A stretch of DNA of 43,188 nucleotides from an uncultured Prevotella sp. (GTDB lineage: Bacteria; Bacteroidota; Bacteroidia; Bacteroidales; Bacteroidaceae): the NCBI GenBank assembly GCA_964507005.1, contig CAZDOH010000003.1:1-43188 (forward strand). The letters run 5' to 3'. Below the pieces are notes generated by a model. The model was not told the DNA's origin and made no database searches. It was given only the letters and a program-made list of their open reading frames with translations. Position 1 is the first letter of the stretch; each line of letters opens with the position of its first letter. The position numbers and the translations under genes were made by a program. Below, piece by piece: positions 37,441 to 43,188 of the stretch.

Positions 37441-38793
37441 ATGAACAGATTGTCGAATTTGCTGCTTGGAGACCGCGTGATATGGTTCGTGTATTTCGCG
37501 CTGTGCGCCATTTCGGTTGTGGAGGTGTTCAGTGCGGTCAGTACGCTTACCTATAAAAGCGGCGACTACATACAGCCCATCCTGCGCCACAGCATGTTTG
37601 TTGTCTTTGGCTTTATCGTGGTGTTTGTGGTTCATCGCATGCCGATGAAATTTTTCAAGTTGTTTGTGCCGATCGGGATGGTAGCTTCTGTAATTCTGCT
37701 TGTTATGCTGCTTTGCGGTCTTGGCATAGAAATCAATGAAGGTGCAAGATGGATAAATTTCTTCGGCATCCCAATTCAGCCTTCTGAGATTGCCAAAGGT
37801 ACGCTCGTGATGTACACGGCGCTTGTGCTGTCGTATACACAGACGGAAAAAGGCACGTTGCCCGGCACTTTCAAGATGATATTCATCCCCACGCTGCTGT
37901 TCTGCGGACTTATTTTCCCGGAGAACTTCTCTACTGCCGGCCTGCTGTTCATCATCATCGTCATAATGATGTTTATAGGGCGCGTGTCGCTTATGGCCAT
38001 AGGCAAACTTCTCAGCGTAGTGCTTATAACGGGACTTTCGGCATTGTATTTCGTTTCTTCAATAAGTGACGGAACGGCACAGTGGATAGGCGAAAATGTA
38101 CCGGTTGTGGGCAAGCGTGTGCCTACTTGGAAAAACCGTATATGCAAGCATTTGGACAAGGATACCAAAGCGCTCACCCCCCAGTCGTTTAATATCGATG
38201 AGGACGCGCAGATAGGGCATTCGAAGATTGCCATCGCATCGAGCAATATAATAGGCAAAGGGCCGGGCAATTCCACGCAGCGCGACTTCCTTCCCCAGGC
38301 CTATAGCGATTTTATCTATGCCGTAATAGTGGAGGAACTCGGATTGATTGGCGCAGCGGCAGTTGTTGTGCTCTATTTGTTGTTGCTTTTTAGGGTAGGG
38401 TACATTGCCCGCCGTTTTACAGACAACAGTTTCCCGCCGTTTCTTGCCATTGGGCTTGCCGTGCTGTTGGTGGTGCAGGCTATGGTGAACATGCTTGTCG
38501 CTACCGGCATTTTCCCGGTAACCGGACAGCCTTTGCCTCTGATATCTCGCGGCGGCAGCTCCATGCTTGTCAACAGTGCGTATATCGGAATTCTGCTGAG
38601 CGTAAGCCGTCTTTCAAAGAAACAGGGCAAGCGTCGGCTCACTGCGTCGGCTGCATGTCTTGGCGCCGATGAGGAACAGGAACTGGAGAACGGTGACACG
38701 GAAGATTCGTACGTTGAACCCGACGAGGAAATTCCTCCTGCAGAACAGACGGCAAAGGAAATTGCTGCAGGCAATTTCGGCACAGAGGAATAG
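37441..38793 (+). CDS. ftsW: FtsW/RodA/SpoVE family peptidoglycan glycosyltransferase with an acidic C-terminal tail
   Basis: About 10 TM segments. Contains PSEIAK, DFIYAVIVEELG and PLPLISRGGSS. The last 60 aa or so are acidic and disordered. Confidence 0.88.
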   Translation: MNRLSNLLLGDRVIWFVYFALCAISVVEVFSAVSTLTYKSGDYIQPILRHSMFVVFGFIVVFVVHRMPMKFFKLFVPIGMVASVILLVMLLCGLGIEINEGARWINFFGIPIQPSEIAKGTLVMYTALVLSYTQTEKGTLPGTFKMIFIPTLLFCGLIFPENFSTAGLLFIIIVIMMFIGRVSLMAIGKLLSVVLITGLSALYFVSSISDGTAQWIGENVPVVGKRVPTWKNRICKHLDKDTKALTPQSFNIDEDAQIGHSKIAIASSNIIGKGPGNSTQRDFLPQAYSDFIYAVIVEELGLIGAAAVVVLYLLLLFRVGYIARRFTDNSFPPFLAIGLAVLLVVQAMVNMLVATGIFPVTGQPLPLISRGGSSMLVNSAYIGILLSVSRLSKKQGKRRLTASAACLGADEEQELENGDTEDSYVEPDEEIPPAEQTAKEIAAGNFGTEE

Positions 38794-38811
38794 CATCGGC
38801 TGCGAGCCGAC

Positions 38812-38846
38812 AAAAAAATCCCGGCACGAAATCACTTCGGACCGGG
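38812..38846 (-). terminator. Rho-independent terminator of nrdDG
   Basis: Minus strand cccggtccgaagtgatttcgtgccggg hairpin followed by attttttt. Confidence 0.6.
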
Positions 38847-38906
38847 AGTCAAGTACGTGTAAATAGAATTTTATATGAGTGTATGAATTTCCGTGATTCA
38901 AATGCT

Positions 38907-39380
38907 CTATGGCCGCTGCTGCAGGCGGAACGTGATGTCCTCGCGCCGCCCGTCGGCATGCATACGGTATAGTCGCTGGTTGGTGGTCGGCTTGTTGAGC
39001 GGACCGCGTTCGGGGATATAGGGACCAATCTTTACGAAATCGAATGCTCCGGCGTCGAAGCCGTCGGGGAAATCGCTTTTGCCCGAATACCAGGCGGTAA
39101 GGAATTCCCCGTGGTAGCGTTCGTGCAGATGCCGTGCAAGCCTTGCAACTTCGTCTGGGTCATTGTCGCCTCCCATGAAGCAGATGCACGTAACCTCACC
39201 CACGTAGTCGGAAACCATATTGTCGAGAACTTCTTCGGAGAGAATCTCTCCGCGGTCTTCGCGCAGATATGCGCTGTGGCATTCGCGGCAATGGTTAGGG
39301 CAGAGCGTGAGGTTTATGGCCAGCGTTGTTTCGTCGGGAATTTCCCGAAAGACTATGTCGTAGCCTACGTGCTTAATCAT
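38907..39380 (-). CDS. nrdG: Anaerobic ribonucleoside-triphosphate reductase activating protein (radical SAM)
   Basis: 157 aa with CPNHCRECHS (CxxxCxxC). Lies directly downstream of nrdD. Confidence 0.88.
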   Translation of the reverse strand: MIKHVGYDIVFREIPDETTLAINLTLCPNHCRECHSAYLREDRGEILSEEVLDNMVSDYVGEVTCICFMGGDNDPDEVARLARHLHERYHGEFLTAWYSGKSDFPDGFDAGAFDFVKIGPYIPERGPLNKPTTNQRLYRMHADGRREDITFRLQQRP

Positions 39381-39392
39381 TGGCCTAGTGTT

Positions 39393-41525
39393 TTAAGCTT
39401 CGGAGTTCACGGCCTCTACGCTTTCCTTGTCGTATACGGGATTGTCGTAGAAACGGCGTCCGGCTTCTTTCTGCCGGTCCATCGAGAAATTGGATATCCG
39501 CTTGAGGTAGCCGATAACACGCGTGAGGTAGTCGATGTTCTTGCTGTGGCATTCGGGGCATTCCTTGAGGTAGCGTTTGTCGATGTGCCCGCACTCGTTG
39601 CACACGGTGTTGGGTATGTTGAACGTGAAGTAATTGCATCCTTCCTTGGCGGCGATTCTCAACAGTTGGCGGTATTGCTTCTTGCTTAGATGCTCGTCAA
39701 GGTTCATGTGCAATGCCGAGCCGCCGGTAAGGTGCTCGATGAACTTGTATCCGTGCAGGCGGAATTTTTCAAGCACATGCGTCTTGGGGTCTTCCACGAT
39801 GTAGAAATAGCTGTTGTAGCAGTCGCGCGGAACGTAGTATCCGTCTTCGCGGTCCCAACGTGCATGTTTTACGCCGACGTTTTCGGCAGGAATCATCTCG
39901 CAGTTGAACATCACGTCTTTCGAGCGGTATGCCTTGTTGTAGTATTCCACGGTACCCAAAATGCCCTGTACGAACTTCAGATACTCAGGATTGTCGGAAA
40001 TGGAATATCCAAGCGATTCGGCAGCCTCGACAAGTCCGTTTACGCCGATTGTGAGATACTGGCGCGAGATGTTGATGTATCCGGCATCGAATAGCGGCAG
40101 CATGCCTTTCTTCTCAAGGTCTTTGAGGTTCTCGTTGTAGGCTATCTGTACTTTGTGCATCAGGTCGATGACTTCGGCTATGAAGTCGAGGTACGGCTTG
40201 CCCTGGCGTGTGGCTTCCTGCACGCAGCGGTTGAGGTTGATGGTCAGCACGCTCTTTGAACCTGTGGAAACGCCTCCGGCTCCGAGCGTGTAGCTGAATC
40301 CGTTGTTCTGTATCTCGTTGCGCAGGCGGCAGCACGAGGCCAAAGAGTCGGCATTGTCGCTCATATAGGTGAAGAACGAATGTCCTTCGGCATACATCTC
40401 CGCCGTGAAGTCGGCATATTCCTTGTCCACGACATCGCCGTCTTTCGACAGGAGCGCCATTGTCTCTACAGGGAATGTCAGCACAGTCTTGGAGCGTTCG
40501 GCATTGAACCATTTCATGAAACGCTTCTGCAGCCAGTTGAGTGCGTCCCAGTTCGGCTTCGAACCGTCGGGGAAACGGAAATCACCGAAAATGCTCTCGA
40601 AGTAGTTGTGGTCGTAGTACGAGATATTCCAGAATACGGCCTGGAAATTCCTTGCGCCCGTGGGCTGGTTGATGGAGTAGACCACCTGCTCGAAGCAGTC
40701 GGTTATGATTTTGTCGAGCGTGCGGTGCCGTTTCGAGAGGTCCACCACATCGTCGGCGTGCTTGTAATAGTCGTCGCCGTATTCCTGGCCGATGAAATAC
40801 GACATGTACATCAGGAATTCGGGCGTCGCGCATGCCCCGCTGAGCATACTCGAGACAATAAACACCATGTTGATAAAGCCACCGCAGAACGACTTGAGGT
40901 TGGTGGGCTTTGTGGAATTGCCTCCGATGCTCTTTGTGCCACTTATGAGCCATGGGTACATGGTGATGCTGGCGCAGTAGTTCGCGAGGCTGGTTTCGTC
41001 GTTCTTGTATATGAAATGGTGCTCCAGAAGATAAAGGTAGCGGTCGGAAAGTTCTTTGCCGTACAGTTCCTTTATCTTGTCGCACAAAAGGCGCCGGTTG
41101 AGGCGTATGAAATTCGATTTCGGGAGCTCGCCGATGAGCGTGGCAATGTTCTTGTTCTCTACATTGGCATTGGCGTCGTATTTTGAACCGGTGGCGGGAT
41201 TTGAGGCTTTGCAGTAGTCGATGAGGAATTTCAGTTTGTTGCGCACTTCGCGGTCCTCGAAATGCTTCTGGCGGTAGAGCATGAACGACTTTGCTGCCTT
41301 GTAGTGGTTTTCGCGCATGAGTGACACTTCCACCTGGTTTTGTATGTCCTCGACGTTCATGCCGTTGCAGAAGCGCAGGTTGTCCATTACGCTCTGAATG
41401 TCTTCGGCGTGTACGTGTTCGTTTACCGAGTCGAACGCCTTGATTATGGCGCTCCTGATCTTTTCCAGCGAGAAGCTTTCCGTGCTTCCGTCGCGTTTGG
41501 TGATGAAGAAATTGTCGTAACTCAT
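39393..41525 (-). CDS. nrdD: Anaerobic ribonucleoside-triphosphate reductase
   Basis: 710 aa. N-terminal ATP-cone (ITKRDGSTESFSLEKI), C-terminal Zn ribbon CNECGH...CPECHS and glycyl-radical motif TRVIGYL. Confidence 0.93.
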   Translation of the reverse strand: MSYDNFFITKRDGSTESFSLEKIRSAIIKAFDSVNEHVHAEDIQSVMDNLRFCNGMNVEDIQNQVEVSLMRENHYKAAKSFMLYRQKHFEDREVRNKLKFLIDYCKASNPATGSKYDANANVENKNIATLIGELPKSNFIRLNRRLLCDKIKELYGKELSDRYLYLLEHHFIYKNDETSLANYCASITMYPWLISGTKSIGGNSTKPTNLKSFCGGFINMVFIVSSMLSGACATPEFLMYMSYFIGQEYGDDYYKHADDVVDLSKRHRTLDKIITDCFEQVVYSINQPTGARNFQAVFWNISYYDHNYFESIFGDFRFPDGSKPNWDALNWLQKRFMKWFNAERSKTVLTFPVETMALLSKDGDVVDKEYADFTAEMYAEGHSFFTYMSDNADSLASCCRLRNEIQNNGFSYTLGAGGVSTGSKSVLTINLNRCVQEATRQGKPYLDFIAEVIDLMHKVQIAYNENLKDLEKKGMLPLFDAGYINISRQYLTIGVNGLVEAAESLGYSISDNPEYLKFVQGILGTVEYYNKAYRSKDVMFNCEMIPAENVGVKHARWDREDGYYVPRDCYNSYFYIVEDPKTHVLEKFRLHGYKFIEHLTGGSALHMNLDEHLSKKQYRQLLRIAAKEGCNYFTFNIPNTVCNECGHIDKRYLKECPECHSKNIDYLTRVIGYLKRISNFSMDRQKEAGRRFYDNPVYDKESVEAVNSEA

Positions 41526-41718
41526 GTCGTGTAGGCTTTAATTCTATTTTGTGTTTTGTTGTGCCGCCCCGTGCCTTGAAGTTTGTATTTGCAGCAATCC
41601 TCTTTTAAGAGTCGGTTGTCGCTTTTTTGCATGCTTTGGCGGAGTGTTTCGATGTATTCGGCGAATACTTAGAAACTTGCGGTTTATGAAGCCGCTTTTA
41701 TGGCTCTGCAGCCACTTG

Positions 41719-41726
41719 CAAAGTTA
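41719..41726 (-). promoter_or_regulatory. -7 box TAACTTTG, proximal candidate nrdDG promoter
   Basis: Exact TAnnTTTG on the minus strand. This implies a leader of about 185-190 nt before the nrdD ATG at 41525. Confidence 0.45.
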
Positions 41727-41766
41727 GAATTTTCGGTTAACATTACATGATGAAACAAGAAAAATA

Positions 41767-41833
41767 TTTTCCGTTTCGGAAAACTTTTCGGCTGAATTTA
41801 TGCGGAAAGTTTCCCGTTTTGGAAAACTTTTGC
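41767..41833. promoter_or_regulatory. Two direct repeats CCGTTTYGGAAAACTTTT containing TTCC/GGAA palindromes, upstream of the proximal nrdD promoter
   Basis: ttttccgtttcggaaaacttttcg at 41767-90 and tttcccgttttggaaaacttttgc at 41810-33, plus ggaaagtttcc at 41804-14. Candidate transcription-factor sites. Confidence 0.35.
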
Positions 41834-41893
41834 TTTTATGAAATGATGGAAATTGCCTGATTTATAGTGCTTGGCGTATTGGCTTTGGCACTG

Positions 41894-41901
41894 CAAAGTT
41901 A
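41894..41901 (-). promoter_or_regulatory. Second TAACTTTG -7 box, distal candidate promoter
   Basis: The context ctgcaaagttag duplicates the proximal box context cttgcaaagttag. It lies inside an 11-bp inverted repeat pair (41873-83 and 41975-85). Confidence 0.3.
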
Positions 41902-41988
41902 GTGCAATAAATTTGAAAGTTGTCCGAAATGCCTATTTGTTTTTCTGAAAAAATGCCGCAGGCTTTTTGCTTTGGCCAATACGCCGGT

Positions 41989-42077
41989 GCAATTTTCCCG
42001 GCATGCGCATAGCAGAAAAATTCTTTGCGCACAAAAGAAAAATTGTGTGCGCAAAGCGTAAAAATTATCTGCGCATA
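41989..42077. repeat. Second copy of the 22-bp repeat family (4 units)
   Basis: 42016-42079 aligns ungapped to 28773-28836 with 54/64 identities. The core 42026-42059 versus 28783-28816 gives 32/34. Counted by hand. Confidence 0.8.
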
Positions 42078-42164
42078 GAATTTGAATTGCAATAGGAACT
42101 TTTTTGTCCGTTTCCGCACAGCCGAAAATAGGTGGCGAAGTGTATGGTTGTGGAATGGGGTCGT

Positions 42165-42208
42165 GGCAAAAGAAAATTCCGCTGCAGCCAAATGCTGCAA
42201 CGGAATTT
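42165..42208 (-). terminator. Hairpin terminator downstream of pckA
   Basis: aaattccgctgcagc-caaat-gctgcaacggaattt 15-bp stem (1 mismatch). On the minus strand it is followed by a T-rich tract. Confidence 0.7.
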
Positions 42209-42232
42209 CTGAAAGTTATGGTTTGCTCTTGG

Positions 42233-43188
42233 TTAGAGCTTCGGGCCTGCCGATACGAGAGCCTTGCCAGCTTCGTTGCCTTCGTATTTCTTGAAGTTCT
42301 TGATGAAGCGTGCTGCGAGGTCTTTTGCCTTCTCTTCCCACTCAGCGGGTGTGTTGTAAGTGTCGCGCGGGTCGAGGATAGCGGGATCTACGCCTTCGAG
42401 CTGTGTAGGAACAACGAAGTCGAAGAGGGGAATCTTCTTGGTAGGAGCCTCGTCGATGGAGTGGTTGAGGATAGCGTCGATGATGCCGCGGGTATCGCGG
42501 ATGGAGATGCGCTTGCCTGTTCCGTTCCAGCCGGTGTTCACGAGGTATGCCTTGGCATTGCTCATGTTCATCTTCTTCACGAGTTCCTGTGCGTACTTAG
42601 TAGGATGCAGCTCAAGGAAAGCCTGGCCGAAGCATGCCGAGAAAGTAGGAGTAGGCTCGGTGATGCCGCGTTCGGTGCCTGCGAGTTTTGCAGTGAAGCC
42701 CGAGAGGAAGTAGTATTGTGTCTGTTCGGGAGTAAGTATCGAAACAGGGGGCAGAACGCCGAATGCATCAGCCGAGAGGAAGATCACCTGCTTTGCTGCG
42801 GGTGCCGACGAACCGGGCTGGATGTTTGCGATGTGGTAGATGGGGTAGGAAACGCGGGTGTTCTCGGTGGTGGACTTGTCGGCGAAGTCAATCTTGCCGT
42901 TTGCGTCAACAGTAACGTTCTCGAGAAGAGCGTCGCGCTTGATTGCGTTGTAGATGTCGGGCTCGGATTCCTTGTCAAGGTTGATTACCTTTGCATAGCA
43001 TCCGCCTTCGAGGTTGAATACGCCTTCGTCGTCCCATCCGTGCTCGTCGTCGCCAATGAGCTTACGCTTCGGGTCGGTAGAAAGGGTGGTCTTGCCTGTG
43101 CCGGAAAGTCCGAAGAAGATGGCGGTGTTCTCGCCGTTCATGTCGCAGTTAGCGGAGCAGTGCATAGAAGCGATTCCCTTGAGGGGGA
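42233..43188 (-). CDS. pckA: Phosphoenolpyruvate carboxykinase (ATP), C-terminal portion; 5' end lies outside the window
   Basis: Contains [27 protein letters not shown] and NTGWNG. The reading frame stays open to the window edge. Confidence 0.93.
   Translation of the reverse strand, partial: PLKGIASMHCSANCDMNGENTAIFFGLSGTGKTTLSTDPKRKLIGDDEHGWDDEGVFNLEGGCYAKVINLDKESEPDIYNAIKRDALLENVTVDANGKIDFADKSTTENTRVSYPIYHIANIQPGSSAPAAKQVIFLSADAFGVLPPVSILTPEQTQYYFLSGFTAKLAGTERGITEPTPTFSACFGQAFLELHPTKYAQELVKKMNMSNAKAYLVNTGWNGTGKRISIRDTRGIIDAILNHSIDEAPTKKIPLFDFVVPTQLEGVDPAILDPRDTYNTPAEWEEKAKDLAARFIKNFKKYEGNEAGKALVSAGPKL

Noticed and set aside
41526-41718. nrdD leader considered as a cobalamin riboswitch, or as a region carrying NrdR boxes
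   Set aside because: I could not find a B12-box-like GCCACTG core in the proper context, nor the tandem 16-bp NrdR palindromes. The leader is also shorter than typical AdoCbl aptamers plus expression platform. An Rfam scan is still needed.
41747-41860. 37-aa plus-strand ORF (MMKQEKYFPFRKTFRLNLCGKFPVLENFCFYEMMEIA) across the TTCC/GGAA repeats
   Set aside because: No TAnnTTTG box lies upstream on the plus strand. Its internal repeat simply mirrors the DNA direct repeat. It is more parsimoniously regulatory DNA for nrdD.
1-43188. Whole-window scan for defence systems, toxin-antitoxin pairs, prophage or ICE genes, tRNA/rRNA and DGR-like repeats
   Set aside because: No translation in the track shows nuclease/helicase/methylase defence signatures, integrases, phage structural proteins or reverse transcriptase. 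No cloverleaf-like or rRNA-like sequences were noticed in the intergenic regions.

Overview
This is a 43.2-kb chromosomal segment from a Bacteroidota, probably Bacteroidales-like, genome. The evidence is a SusC/SusD pair, a T9SS C-terminal sorting domain, and TAnnTTTG -7 promoter boxes in front of most operons. Most of the window is housekeeping. On the minus strand: comM/yifB, a TlpA-like lipoprotein, a TPR lipoprotein, murI, skp, mdh, ispG with a DUF4254 gene, an LPS-core-like GT9/GT4 pair, nrdDG and a partial pckA. On the plus strand: a porin-like OMP, a tricorn-like S41 protease, a four-gene SusC/SusD/two-lipoprotein locus, and the proximal half of the dcw cluster (mraZ-rsmH-ftsL-ftsI-murE-mraY-murD-ftsW). 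I saw no tRNA, rRNA, CRISPR array, transposase, integrase, prophage or recognisable defence genes. The least ordinary part is 9.7-15.2 kb. It holds a secreted BACON/metallophosphoesterase/2xLamG protein, a T9SS lectin-like cargo protein and a 59-aa ORF missing from the ORF track. Next to these lies a 189-bp AT-rich segment bracketed by perfect 25-bp inverted repeats made of GTGTTAAT octamers, which I read as a candidate invertible switch. A second unexplained signal is a family of tandem 21-22-bp repeats (consensus roughly GCGTGAAAATTCTCTGCGCAnA) at three or more intergenic sites, each just distal to an operon 3' end. All calls come from reading the translations and DNA by eye. No database searches were run.
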